Source: Priapulus caudatus
Taxonomy: Eukaryota
Assembly: GCF_000485595.1 (NCBI RefSeq)
Contig: NW_014577075.1
Coordinates: forward strand, 525,311 to 589,310
Direction: 5' to 3'
Length of the DNA: 64,000 nt
The notes under the pieces are model-generated. The model had not been told where the DNA came from and ran no database searches. It saw only the letters and a list, made by a program, of their open reading frames with translations. The translations under genes and the position numbers were made by a program. Shown here one piece after another: positions 36,870 to 51,700 of the stretch (position 1 is its first letter; each line of letters begins with the position of its first letter).

Positions 36870-37557
36870 GTGACGTTGATAGGGAAGAAGGGTGGTGGTG
36901 GTAGAAGAAGAGGGACGTTGATGAGGGAGGGTGGTGGTGGTGGTAGAAGAGTGACGTTGATGAGGGAGGAGGGTGGTGGTAGAAGAAGAGGGACGTTGAT
37001 GAGGGAGGAGGGTAGTGGTAGAAGAAGAAGGACGTTGATGAGGGAGGAGGGTGGTGGTAGAAGAAGAGGGACGTTGATGAGGGAGGAGGGTAGTGGTAAA
37101 AGAAGAAGGACGTTGATGAGGGGGGAGGGGGGGGATGGTAGAAGAAGAGTGACGTTGATGAGAGACGAGGGTGGTGGTGGTGGTAGAAGAAGGACGTTGA
37201 TGAGGGAGGAAAGTGGTAGTGGTAAAAGAAGAGGGACGTTGATGAGGGAGAGAGGAGGGTGGTGGTAGAAGAAGAGGGACGTTGATGAGGAAAGATGAGG
37301 GCGGTGATAGTAGAAGAGAGACGTTGATGAGGGAGGAGGGCGGTGATAGTAGAAGAGGGACGTTGATGAGTGAGGAGGGTGGTGGTGGTAGAAGAAGAGG
37401 GACGTTGATGAGGGAGGAGGGTGGTGGTGGTAAAAGAAGAGGGACGTTGATGAGAGAGGAGGGTGGTGGTGGTAGAAGAAGAGGGACGTTTATGAGGGAG
37501 GAGGGTGGTGATGGTGGTAGAAGAAGAAGGACGTTGATGAGTGAGGAGGGTGGTAAT
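36870..37557. repeat. G-rich minisatellite of ~36-45 bp (gacgttgatgagggaggagggtggtggtagaagaagagg), ~17 copies
   Basis: Recurrent gacgttgatgag anchor. Confidence 0.92.
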
Positions 37558-38686
37558 GGGAATATACGCGGGCTTGATAGGAGAGACGGTTAGGGGGGCT
37601 GCATGGTGATGAAAAGTAGAGACAAAGGTATAGATCAGGAAAGAGGGGTGGACTGTGATGGTGTAAAGGGAGGGAGCGGGGATTGGTGATATCTTAGGCT
37701 AAAAACATAGCTGTTGCGAATGTTGAACACGTCGCCATACTACGTGAGCCTCATCGGTAAACGAACTCATTGTATGGTGACGCCGACAGACAGAACTCGC
37801 CACAAATTGAGGGGGCCGGGACGCATAGAACGTTTGATGAAATTCGCAATTAACTCGCCGTCGGCTCTTCATTACGGGCATTAACGCCGTGCCCATTTGC
37901 CGCAGCTGCGATGAATAGAGGGGTTGTTTAGCTCTAATACCCGCGATACGGCCGCCTATCGTGCTGCGACCGGGCGCCTGTTGTCCACACTTCCTGTGCG
38001 GAGCTGCGGTCCGCATGCTAACTACCAACACTTACCGCGCAGGCGACACGCGCCATGCAGGAGTCGGTAGCGCGGAGCAGCTTCACATCCCCTACATCTA
38101 TCTACATATCGATTTAACTACAGTCGATTCCCGAAAGTCCGCCGGGCATTTCGTTGACATAAAACTGAGCGTATATTATTTATCGTGCGCGGCCGCTTTA
38201 GCGTTGGTTGTAACAAGTTTAATGTTTTCGAATCGCCACGTAAAGCGCCAATCTTCGATCCAATTACGAATCTATTCGAAAGCCGATATGAGAACCAAAG
38301 AAGACGGACATTGCCAGCAGAAGGACTGATTCCAAGCCGTTCTTATTGCTTTTTGAGTATTATCGGTATATGGACAGCATCATCGTGTGCTAGAAGAGGC
38401 GAGGCAATATTGCACTGAAGTATAGCAATTACTTGTCAAGAGCTGGTACTATTATGAATAGATAAAGAAGACCAGACCAGCGCAATTCATCATAATTGAC
38501 ACATTTAAATAGCAGTCTGCTACTGAAGCGCCTTCAGCTGCGTGTCATAGAAATTTACATTTTTTATATCGAGCAAGTATAAAAGTGCAAGTGACAAAAA
38601 ATTAGTTTGATTGATTCTGTACCGTGAACGACATATTCCCGTGGCCAGTCTTCAAACTTTACTTCTCCCTTACTCACAGTTACTTC

Positions 38687-39902
38687 CATCCATCCATCCA
38701 TTTATTCATCCATCCATCCATCCATTCATCCACCCATCCATCCATCTTCAGTCATTCGCATCATCCAGCATCCATCCATCGCATCCAGCAGCAGCAGCCG
38801 TCATCCCTCCATCCGCAGCCAGCCATCCATCCATCATCACTCCATCCTCTCATCCATCCAGTCCATCCACTCATCCATCCATCCATCCAATCTATCATCA
38901 TCCATTCATCCATCATCCATCCATCCATCAATCCATCCAACCATCATCCATCGCAGCCATCCATTCTCCCAGCAGCAGCATGACACAGCCAGTCATCCTC
39001 ATCCAGCCAGCCATCATCATCCATCATCCATCCATCCTTCATTCATCAATCCATCCATCCATCATCCTCCATCTCCACTCCATCATCCATCCATCAATCT
39101 ATCATCATCCATCCNNNNNNNNNNNNNNNNNNNNNNNNNNNNNNNNNNNNNNNNNNNNNNNNNNNNNNNNNNNNNNNNNNNNNNNNNNNNNNNNNNNNNN
39201 NNNNNNNNNNNNNNNNNNNNNNNNNNNNNNNNNNNNNNNNNNNNNNNNNNNNNNNNNNNNNNNNNNNNNNNNNNNNNNNNNNNNNNNNNNNNNNNNNNNN
39301 NNNNNNNNNNNNNNNNNNNNNNNNNNNNNNNNNNNNNNNNNNNNNNNNNNNNNNNNNNNNNNNNNNNNNNNNNNNNNNNNNNNNNNNNNNNNNNNNNNNN
39401 NNNNNNNNNNNNNNNNNNNNNNNNNNNNNNNNNNNNNNNNNNNNNNNNNNNNNNNNNNNNNNNNNNNNNNNNNNNNNNNNNNNNNNNNNNNNNNNNNNNN
39501 NNNNNNNNNNNNNNNNNNNNNNNNNNNNNNNNNNNNNNNNNNNNNNNNNNNNNNNNNNNNNNNNNNNNNNNNNNNNNNNNNNNNNNNNNNNNNNNNNNNN
39601 NNNNNNNNNNNNNNNNNNNNNNNNNNNNCCATCCATCCATCCATCCATCCATCCATCCATCCATCCATCCATCCATCCATCCACCCATCCATCCAGCCAT
39701 CCATCCATCCACCCATCCATCCACCCATCCATCCATCCATCCATCCATTCATCCATCCACCCATCCATCCAGCCATCCATCCATCCACCCATCCATCAAT
39801 CCATCCATCCATCCATCCACCCATCCATCAATCCATCCATCCATCCACCCATCCAGCCATCCATCCATCCACCCATCCATCCACCCATCCATCCATCCAT
39901 CC
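38687..39902. repeat. (CCAT)n microsatellite spanning an N gap (39115-39629)
   Basis: Direct inspection. Confidence 0.92.
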
Positions 39903-42900
39903 GTGTTACTATTCACATCGTCATGCATACTGAATCCTATATTCATCATTATGGCTTCGTCTTGCGGACGTGTATGCGACTGATCTTGCCGAACAAGTTG
40001 CCGAGTTGCCACAAGTCGGACAATACACATCATAAATCGATTTTGCGCCTCGGACACGCACTTGTCGGGAGCCAACCACTTGTGCCGATATACTCCGCAC
40101 CGTTTTCTATCACCACGGTGAAAAATGAGATGCAAAAGTAAAAGGAAAAATAATTCTTTTCATCCCGGCTAGATTGACATGTTCTCAGGGCAAATGGAAA
40201 CGGCAATCAGCGGCAGCTACTGTAGCTGCGGACTGTTTTAATTTTTAAAGATATATAGTAAGGGAGTCTTTAATCAAGGCGATATATTAATGCGCAAACT
40301 GCTAATCACGTAATTATGTTTGCCGCCTATAATGATATATTATCACTCTTAATACATCTATTATAACAACTAAGCGCCTGTCACTTTAATTATATACGTC
40401 TAACGGCTCGTGTGTAAATCTTCACGGCTATGGGGTTAAATGGGTGTCGTGCTTTTCTAGCGTTTCGTTTTGCATAACATACTTGGACTAAACTAACGGG
40501 AGTGCATAAACAATTTTGAAGTAAATTATGCACATTACATCTACTAACTTTTAGGGTTGTTGTTGCTATGCCCCCTTCTAACTCGCGTAGCATATACACT
40601 AGATAGGGTGTCGTCCTGGTTATAGGCACGGTTAGTAGTAATGCATTTAACATTTAGGAGCACCGCCATTCCAAGCTGCCATAGAAGTGCTGTGTAAACA
40701 CAAACTTCGTCTGGAGCGGCAAGCACAATATAACATTCTTCAAACACGTCTTTATCAAAGAAACCGTACCGCATCACGTTAGTGCCGCTGTTTGTCAAGG
40801 CGCTGACAATCAGCGAGCGTTCTTTTAATACTGCTTGCTTAGTATATTATAGGATTGACAACATATGAGCTGGCGTAGATGATTGTTGTCTGAGAGAAAA
40901 GACAATTCTCTTCAAGAGAAGAATTCACGATGAGTCATTGCTATTATGGTCGGTGGCGCTATAACTGAAGTCTATTTTTCTCATGGACACTTCTGCTGTT
41001 TGCCAATACTAAAGTAGAGGAGAAAGGCATACCCATTACATGGGTAACAAAATCTTCCCGGTTACGAACTGTACAGCGGCTCTGCAGGTACGCAGCCACT
41101 TGAGAAAAGGAGAACATTGATGCAGGATAACCTTGAATTTCCGTATGCTAGACTCAAGATTCTGGATTCAACATCCTAAATTCCGTATTATTACGCAGAT
41201 TATTTGCAGCTGGACAATCTACGAATATACATCATTGCACATTTTGTTTGGTGTCATGTGGGTATATAGGATGGATCCGGTCGCGTCTCCATGTGTACGC
41301 ATAACGTATGGTGCACACATGAATAAATTGCCTTCCTCGATCGCAGTACAAATATCTCACACATCTTTATATAGTCTATATCAATAAAGAAAGTAATAAA
41401 CAAATAAACAAATTGAGATATATGTTAATAGAGAAGCAGCGAGGAAGTGAGAGTGATAGAGTGAGAGAGATAGGGAATAAGCGGGGAGGGTTAGAGGCAG
41501 GGAAGCAGGGAGGGAGAGGGAAGGGGAGGGGGAGAATGGAAGAGAGGAATTGAGGAAGAGAGAGAAGGTAGAGAGGGAGGGAAGCATGAAAGAGAGGGAA
41601 GGAGGGTAATAAGAGAGCCAGCGAGCGTGAGAGAGAGAGAGAGAAAGAGAATGAAAGAGAGATTTAGAGAAAGAGAATGTGAGAATGGGAAAAGAGATAG
41701 GGAGGGAGAGGGAGAAAGAAGAGAGAGTGAGAGAGAGCAAGAGAGAGTGAGAGAGAGAGCGAGATAGAGCGCACTATAAGGAGAAATCGAGAGAGCGAGA
41801 AAGATATAGGAACATATAACATAAACTCGGATTACCACGATCATGGCTTCATCAACGCTGATCACATATCGTGAGCATGCGTACTTGGTGCTTGTCGTGC
41901 GTTTCTTCATTCAGATAAAAGAGCGAACACAGCCGCGGTAAACATGGAGCATGGACAGTTTTCATTTCTCGCCAGCAATAGTCAATCGTCAACCGCAATA
42001 ATCAGGATGCTGGCGCGCTGCTAACACCGTTCAATATACACGGCAGCAGTAGTGGCGTGCAGTCAAGGCATAATCTCAGATCCTCGTGTTGCGCATTTCG
42101 TACAGTAATAAATTACCATAGTATCCTGTTCGTGATTTTCTTGCGATTCCTCAGACTAGTACAGTAACGTTTTATGTGAGGGTCTGCAAAATTGATTCAG
42201 CTTAGTTGGGGGAAACATATTTGAACGCTACTGCGTTTAATAACTTTTAGTAAATTATATAAATTATTTGTATTATATTTTTCATATACGATTATAATAT
42301 TTGTATATTATGCACTTCCTTATTTATGTTTCCGCGCAGTGTGTGTGCGTGCGTGCGTGCGTGTGCGTGTGCGTGCGCGTGCGTGCGTGTGTGTTGTGTG
42401 CGTGCGTGCGTGCGTGTGTGCGTGCGTGCATGTATGTGGTGCGTGCGTGTATGTATGTGCGTAAAAACGCACAGTAAGTGACTGCCTGATTGACCTCTTC
42501 CTTCCCGCTCTAGCTGCTAGGGTGAGAGCGTCAACGAGGGGAAAATCACCAATGAACGACAGGTTCGAGCGCAGCCACGATGAACGACGTAAGTAATGAA
42601 CGCGCAAAACGTTCGCGTATCTCTCTCGCCCCTCTCTCCCCTCTCTCTCCCCTCTCTCTATCTGACACGGTGAGTCGCACATCGATCATGCGGCACGGGA
42701 GTCCGTTGACAACCGCCATTGTTGCCTCCCAGAACGCTCGTCAAACCCCACCAACAGCGGCGGCAGGCACATCGGCGTCATCGACTCACACGCGTACGCG
42801 CACGCACAGACGTACGTACGCACGCACAGACGTACGTACGCACGCACGCACACACGCGCGTGCACCGCTTCCCACCTGCCGGCAGCGTCGATCGAACCGT

Positions 42901-43357
42901 TGCTCGACAGAACAAACACTCGCTGCTATCAGCTCCCGACTAATCCTAATACGATACCTCGTTATATAAGCTCCGACCCGGCGCGATCCCAGGGCGATCG
43001 GTGGCGCTCTGCACCTCTAAGACAAATAACACTCTGGTGCTAATTAAATAAACGCTCCCGATTGACTGTGCGCGCGTGTAGAGCGTCGCGAAGCCCCCGA
43101 CGGACGGACGGCGGCCGTATACGAGCCGCGACGTACGCGAGCTATGTGCATGCGCAGCATATATTTAAATTTGAGCTGCTTGCACAGCGCCGCCCTCTCC
43201 TCCTGCGATGCGACGGCCATCATCAAGTGTATGGCACATATCGCAGCGCCGATGCGTCAACATGAGCATGGCTGCTGCCAGCGAGAATTACACGTACGCC
43301 CCGCATACGCCCCCCCACGACGGCCTCCGACGCTGAACAACTCAAGTCTTATGGACT

Positions 43358-43700
43358 CTGCTGCTGCTGATCCTATTGCTACTGCTGCTGTTGCTCCTCC
43401 TATTGCTACTGCTGCTGTTGCTGCTGCTAATGACGAAGAAGGTGATGATGATGATGATGATGATGATAATGACGTGGCTACTGTTGCTGCTGCTGCTGCT
43501 AATGATGATAATGACGATGATGATGATGATGATGATGACAGGGCTGCTTTGACAGGTTGCTGTTGCTGCCGCTGTTGCTAGTGGTGAAAGTGTGGTGATG
43601 GTGATGCTGATGCTGCTGATGCTGATGATGCTGCAGATGATGATGATGATGCTGATGATGTGACGGCTGCTGCTGCTGCTGTTGCTGCTGCTGCGACTGC
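43358..43700. repeat. (GCT)n/(GAT)n trinucleotide mosaic
   Basis: Direct inspection. Confidence 0.85.
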
Positions 43701-44335
43701 CGCCACGCAGGCTTTATTTAACCGCTCTTTCACAAAGTCGCTTGCGCGTAAAAAATGACTCCAAAACTCGCTATGACTGAGCCCAAAGGATTGATTCCCA
43801 AGAACCTATGGCGTGGGTCTGTACCCGCGGCCCCGTGCCTGCCGTGCGACGTACGCAGACGTCGGCGAGTTGCTCACACTACCGAGAGTTTTCACGCGCG
43901 TAATTGCTGAAGTATGTCAATTTATAGTTGTCGCGGCGGCAACACTAGCGTGCTAATCACGCATGCACGAGAACGTTCAGCGTGAGCTATGTGGCAGCCG
44001 CCCCCGACGCCGCCTCCTCCTCCATCACTCACAACGACATCTAATAAGTCGGTTTATGAAAACGTGACTAAGCGATCGATGTTACGGGGATTTCTAGCAT
44101 TAGCATGAATTAGATTGCTACTAGTCTCTCAAAGCTCGGGAGCTTGATGGAGTGGGACAGACTCTTGTACGGGGCGGTCGCTACTGGGGCGGTTCGTGTC
44201 GATACGAAGGGGGGAGAGGATGTATGTGGGCGCTCGTGTGTGTGTGTGGTGAGGTGTGTGGGTGTGTGCGTGTGTGCTATCTGCGTGAAAGTATGTGCGT
44301 GCGAGCGTGAATGCGTGCATGTGCATACGTGTGTG

Positions 44336-44414
<79 letters not shown>

Positions 44415-44538
44415 ACGCACGATTCGCAACAACATGATTTCTTCTGTTTCTATTTCTGCAAAATAACGCTAAACTCAAACGCAATTACTTTGTCTCGTTC
44501 TTTATTCTTTTTTTTCTGTTTTCTTCTTTGTATTTTTG

Positions 44539-45086
44539 NNNNNNNNNNNNNNNNNNNNNNNNNNNNNNNNNNNNNNNNNNNNNNNNNNNNNNNNNNNNNN
44601 NNNNNNNNNNNNNNNNNNNNNNNNNNNNNNNNNNNNNNNNNNNNNNNNNNNNNNNNNNNNNNNNNNNNNNNNNNNNNNNNNNNNNNNNNNNNNNNNNNNN
44701 NNNNNNNNNNNNNNNNNNNNNNNNNNNNNNNNNNNNNNNNNNNNNNNNNNNNNNNNNNNNNNNNNNNNNNNNNNNNNNNNNNNNNNNNNNNNNNNNNNNN
44801 NNNNNNNNNNNNNNNNNNNNNNNNNNNNNNNNNNNNNNNNNNNNNNNNNNNNNNNNNNNNNNNNNNNNNNNNNNNNNNNNNNNNNNNNNNNNNNNNNNNN
44901 NNNNNNNNNNNNNNNNNNNNNNNNNNNNNNNNNNNNNNNNNNNNNNNNNNNNNNNNNNNNNNNNNNNNNNNNNNNNNNNNNNNNNNNNNNNNNNNNNNNN
45001 NNNNNNNNNNNNNNNNNNNNNNNNNNNNNNNNNNNNNNNNNNNNNNNNNNNNNNNNNNNNNNNNNNNNNNNNNNNNNNNNNNNNNN
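44539..45086. other. Assembly gap
   Basis: N run. Confidence 0.99.
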
Positions 45087-46126
45087 TTAAGAATTTGACT
45101 TATTAATAATGCTTCGTACCAGAATGATATTTTCAAAAATAATATCTAAATAAGTGAAATTGTACTATGAAATTACCCCCTTTCCCTTTATTTGAAAAAT
45201 TGTATGTAATTTTAAGGTAAAATTTCAGATTTTATATATATTTAGATACTATCTTTTTAAACAAATATTGATATATGACTCGAGTCTACATATCAGTATT
45301 TACTGTAAATACATCCTCAACTAAAAGGGAGAGATAAATGGTAAAACCGCCTTCCTCAAATCATACCCCACTCAAACCCGTCTGGAGGACGGGTAATAGC
45401 TAGTATATATATACGCGTGCTTGCGTGCGTGAGGACCGGTGTGCGTGGGCGCGCGTGCGTGCCTATATACGTTCTATGCGTTAAGACAGTTTATCATCGA
45501 CATTGTAGAAGCGTTCTACGTATATAACATGATCATCGAACAACACTGAACCCCGATAGCATTTAATGCCCTGTGAGCAGGAGCGAGATATCAGCATTGT
45601 GGCGCGGATCGATCAGAATTAGCATCGCTGCGCGCTTGGCGACTTGACTTGTAATTCTGCGAAATCCACAAATTTTGTTTGCCGACGCGAATGCACAAAC
45701 GAGCGCGTCGAGAACAGAGTTCTCGAAAAATGTTCGACAGCGAATTAAGCACGCTCGGTTAGTAAATGTTCAATAACAAGCGTCTACCCGTAGATCGTGC
45801 ATTCACTAGCAGCCACGTGGAAAGACGACAGGTGTTATAGGAATCCATTCGCGGATTTTGTTGTAACGTAGCGGTTTTTTTTGCGTTGACACCTCACGCT
45901 CTCTGAGGATTTTGGCTCGTCGCTGGCATCGCAATTATGCATTAACGTACGACAACGCATGCTTGGAAATTCACGGCGTGTACCGCCTCCCTCCCTGCAA
46001 CAAATGTAATTACCAGAAATATCTGAGCAAAGGCCAGCTATATACTCCGTTTACAAACATGTGTAACGAGGGCGAGGAGGATGGAAAAACGACAGCTTGA
46101 CTCGTTTCGCTTTCTCTCTTCCTCAT

Positions 46127-46170
<44 letters not shown>

Positions 46171-46800
46171 TCTTCCTCACGCCCTTGCTCTCTCAATTAC
46201 TATTATCTCGTTCTCTCACTCCCTTTTCTCTCACGCCTTTTTCTCTCGATTTCTCTCCTTCGCTTAATCGGTCCCCAGGTCTTCAGTTCCTTCCCTCTAT
46301 CTTACCACCTCTCTCTTCGTCAGCGTTCAATGAAATCAAACGATGTTCTCGGAGCAATGAAACATATTTATGTGTCTTTGTGTCACATCGAATAGTATAG
46401 GACGCGGTCGACATGACAATCGTTAGCACTCTCCACGCACGCGGTCGTCAGTCGCGACAGAATGAATGATTTAGAATTGCTCTTCACACATCGATCGGTT
46501 ACGAATTGCAATCGACATTAGCAGATCAAATTTCAGACTGTTGGATGCAGCGGAAGCAATTTGCAGGTCGTCACATATTTGGCTAGATGGACAGTTGCGG
46601 CATACTAAGAGCTTTATTTCCGGACTGGATTACGTGTTCAGTGTTAACAGTATAGTCGAATTGGTCCAAGCATTTTGATTCACTCACTTGACTCAACACA
46701 TACGACATTAGCAATAGAGTTTCATCTTCACTAGACATTATATCTGACGAATCACTTATTATATTTTTATTATTATAATAGAATAGTATCACTAGACATT

Positions 46801-46857
<57 letters not shown>

Positions 46858-48779
46858 GCATCATGAGTACATAATACGACATAGATCTATTATGTACCCT
46901 TGGCCGGGTGGATAAAAATACATAAAATTTACTTTATTATTTGTCTATGTTCGACCGCTCCGTAAGCGGCGACAGAATGTTCGGAATCGATGAGCGCACG
47001 GGCGGCAACCCAGCGCATGTTTCCCCGGGTGTCTAACCGCTGCTATTACTGCGTGGCTAGTTTTTATATCAATATATAACTCGAACATACGTAATTATAC
47101 GGGCAATATCGCGTACATGCGGCACGGCAATATAGCGCTGAGAATCATAACAAGCAGAGTCCCGAGTGGTTACGTCTCATATACAGACATCTCGAACATA
47201 ATCCGCTTGTCAATTCAAATAGGAAACGAGTGGCGGAAGGCAAGACAGCCGTAAATGCTTCCGCTCGACCTCCAGGTGGCTAACGGTGCTCGTGTAACCC
47301 CCGCAGTGGATCGCACACATCGCCGTGGCGGTCAACATTTGCATCAACATTATCATGCAAGATTTGCATCGCGCTCGTCAACTTGCACTTATTAAGTACT
47401 CTAAATGTTGAGATTATTACTCTAATGTTACTCTAATGTTGAGATTTGAGAATATCTGCGTACACGCATTTTGCCTCGGGTAGCACTGGCTTAATCCGCG
47501 CAGAGGAACCGACGCGTCTAGAGGCGCTAGTTTTAGTTTTAGTTCTAGTTTACGTATATGTACCATCGCCCCTTGCCCGTGACCTGAGGGGATCCGGACT
47601 TTCTGGAATATTGGATGTCGTTGCTGTAGGGTTGCCTCAAACTAAACTAATTTATCGATAGCCTACAAGCGACGATATTTGTAATCTTTGATGTGTTAAT
47701 GTTCGGCGAGGCAACCCATCGCATGACTATTCACGGGCACGGATTCACGATCCTTGCTATATTCCCTTGGTGTTGATTCTGCGCGGCGCACGGCATGCTA
47801 TATGTGGCAAAGACGAAAGTATGCGCTCTCTAACAGAAATCTTTTTGTACAACAATGTTATAATGTAATAATGTAATACAATAAATAATATTTGCAACTA
47901 CGTATACGACAAACGGTAGGGCTTATGTCCGCACCACCTACTAGTTGTTAAAGTGAATCGTTCGCTTAGAAATGCGACAATTATTTTCTAGTTTGAAAGC
48001 ATTCTTGCTCTAAATGTGTAGAAGAAAAGAGTACGTGCGTAAAATATGTGCGCTCGTTTTATCTCTGCAGTTACTTAGTATGCAACAGTCGTAGCGCCAC
48101 TATATGCTCGTATTAATTTGTTGAGCCCAGGCCCAACCATGGGATTTAGCGCTGTTGCAGATTGCTTTACTGTAAGTCGAGCCAAAAGCCCAAAAGACGC
48201 TATCGACTACAAAAATGGATCTACTCGCTGATTATATATCAATAATCTATCGGGGACTTTATAGAAACATTAGTGTATATACTATAAACGAAATAAATAT
48301 AACAAACGAAATAGGTAAAATTTAATTTAACGTTTTATTTGCTAGTATTATTTTACTTTTAATTTCCAATTCGACCTGGTGTGGCTGGGCTATTCGTCAC
48401 GGGACAACATTAAACAACACACATGTTAGTGTATATCGCTAATAAAACTACCTTCTGCTAAACTTAACTAACTGAAGCCCTATTATTCTAATAGTAATAG
48501 ATAGGCATGGTGCTACGTAACACACCTAGCTACAAAGCAACGTTGTCCGGATGTATCGCGTGTCACATTAAATCCTGACAGAACTATATGCAGATGCAAC
48601 CCATAATGGCGGTTACAGATATGATTGGCGTGGGTGAATATCGGAAATGGCTCGTGACGCAGGAATAAAAGTAAAAGCTTATTGCGGCGGGATCCTTTAA
48701 TGATAGCAGCCGGAAGCCCCCGGACTTAGTGTGCGTTAGTGTGCGGTAAATAAGCGCGGACTTGTGTACACCCCTCAAG

Positions 48780-51700
48780 CTCGTAACCTTACCTTCACCC
48801 ACGCGCCTCGTAACCTTACCTCCACCCACGCGCCTCGTAACCTTACCTCCACCCACGCGCCTCGTAACCTTACCTCCACCTACCCACGCGCCGCTCGTAA
48901 CGCTACGGGCTTCACCGGCACGCGACACTCAGGTAACCTACTTCACACCACCGCCTGCGTAAGCCTTAGCCTTACACCCACGCGCGCTCGTAACCTTACC
49001 TGCCACCCACAAGCGCGCTGCGTAAACCTTACCTCCAACGCGCACGCGTGACGTAATCCTTACCTTCAACCACGCGCCAGCGTAACGCTAACCTCGCACC
49101 CAGGTAGAGACGCGCAGCTCGTAACCTTCACCCACCGCCCGCAGCCTCGTACCTTACGCTGCTACCACGCGTCAGCGTAACGTTCTCCACCCACGCGCAG
49201 CCAACGTAAGCCTTACGTTCACCCACCGCGTCTCGTAACCTTACTCCACCCACGCGCGCTCGTAACCTTACCGCCACACACGGCGCCTGCGTAACCTTAC
49301 CTCCACCCACGCGTCAGCGTAACCTTACCTGCCACCCACGCGCCTCGTAATCTTACCTCTACCGCCACGCGCCTCGTAACCTTACCGTCCAGCCCACAGC
49401 GTCGCGTAACGGCTTACCTCCACCCACGGCCGCGCCTCGTAACCTTACCTCCACCCACGCACGCTCGTAACCTTACCTCCACCCACGCGTCCACGTAATC
49501 GCTTACCTCCACCCACGCACGGCTCGTAACGCTACCTTCACCCACCGCCTCGTAAACCTTACTCCACCCACGCGCGACTCGTAAGCCGTTACCTCCACAC
49601 AACGCCGCCTCGTACCTTACGGCTCCACCCAACGCACCTGCGTAACCTTACCTGCCACCCCACGCGTCACGTAACGCTTACCCACCGCACGGCACGCTGC
49701 GTAAACCTTACCTCCACCCACGCGTCAGCGTATACGCTTACCTCCACCCACGGGCGTCACGGAACCTTACCTCCACGCCACGCGGCCTCGTAACCTTACC
49801 TGCACCCACGCGTCACGTAACGCTTACCTCCACCCACGCCACCTCGTAAGCGCTAACTCCACCCACCGCGTCACGTAACCTTACTCCAGCCCAGCGCCCT
49901 CGTAACCGTTACTCCACGCCACGCGTCACGTAACCTTACCTCCACCCACGCACCTGCGTAACCTTACCTCACCCACAGCGCGCTCGTAACCCTTACCTCC
50001 ACCGCACTGCGCGGTCTCGTAACCTTAACCTCCAACACACCCGCCTTCGTAACCGTTTACCTCCACCCACGCACCTCGTACGCTTACCTCCACCCACGCA
50101 TGCACGTAACGCTTACTGCGTCCAACCACGACGGAGAGCTCGTAACCTTACGCTTCCGCACCGCAAGCGTACAGCGTAACCTTACCCCACCCCCACGCAC
50201 CTCGTAAACCTTACTCCACCCACGCGTCACGGGTAAACCTTACTCGCACCACGCGCCTCGTAAACCTTACCTCCACCCACGCTCACGTAAGGGCCGGCGC
50301 TACCTTCACCGCACGCGTCACGTAACCTTACTCGCACCCACGCGCGTCCATAGCACGTAACTTTACCGTCCACCGCACGCGCCAGCACGTAGAACCTTAC
50401 CTCCACCGCACGGCGTGACGTAACCTTACCTCCACCCACGCGTGACGTAACGCTTACCTCGCACCCACGCGTCACGTTAACCTTAACCTCCACCCACGCG
50501 CGTCTCGTAACCTTACCTAACCACGCGTCAGTAACCTTACCTCCACCACGCACGCTCGTAACCTTACCGCCTCCAACCCACGCGCGTCAACGTAACCTTA
50601 GCGCTCGACTCACAGCGCCTGCGTAACGCTACTCCACCACGGCTCGAACTTACTCTAGCCCACCGCGCCTCGTAACCTTACCTCCACCCACGCGCCTGCG
50701 CGTAACCTTACCTCACCCACGCGCATCACGTAACGCTTACCTCCACGCTACGGCGCCTCGTAACCTTACCTCCACCACGCGTCTCGTAAGCCGTTTACCT
50801 CCACGCCCACGCGCTCTCGTAAACCTTTACTCACTCCACGCGTCACGTAACCGCTTACCTCCTCCTAACCCACGGACCGCCTCGTAACGCTACCTGCACC
50901 CACCGTCACGCGGTACCTTACCGTCAGGACACGCACGGTCACGTAACCTTAGCCTCCACCCACGCCGTCTCGTAACCTTACCTCGCATCCCACGCGTCAA
51001 CGTACCTTACCTCCACCCACGCACCGCTCGTAACCTTACCTCCACCCACGCGTCACGGTAACCTAGCCCTCCAGCCCACGTCACAGCTCGTAACCGTTAC
51101 CTCGCACCCACGCGTGCCCGTAACCTTACCTCCACACCCACAGCGCCTCGTACCTTACCTCCACCCACGACGAGCCTCGTAACCTTAGCCGTCTCACGCC
51201 ACGGCGCTCTGCGTAAACCTACCTCTAGGCCCACGCGCACTCGTAACCTTACCTCCACTCCACGCACCTGGTAACCTTACCTCCACCCACGAGCGCGCTC
51301 GTAACCTATACCGCGTCCACGCCGACGCGGTCACGTAAGTCCTTACCCCACCCCCACGCGCCCTCGTAAGCCTTACCTCCAGCGCGCACGGCACCTCGTA
51401 ACGCATTACCCTCACCCACGCGCTCGACTTCGTAACCTTGACCCTCCACCCACGGCGCCTCGTAAACCTTACCGTTCACGCCACCGCCTGCGTAACCCTT
51501 ACTCACCGCACGCGCCTCGTAAGCCTTACCTCCCACGGCCACGCGGCCCACTCGTAACCTTAGCCTCCACCCACGCGCGACTCGTAACCTTACCTCCACC
51601 CACGCACCTCGTAACCTTACCTCCACCCACCACGCTCGTAACCTTACCTCCACCCACGCGCGAGCATGTAACCTTACAGCTGCCACCCACGCGCCTGCGT

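Noticed and set aside
43144..43581. Ala/Asp-rich 145-aa ORF
   Set aside because: GCT/GAT trinucleotide mosaic with no splice or domain support.
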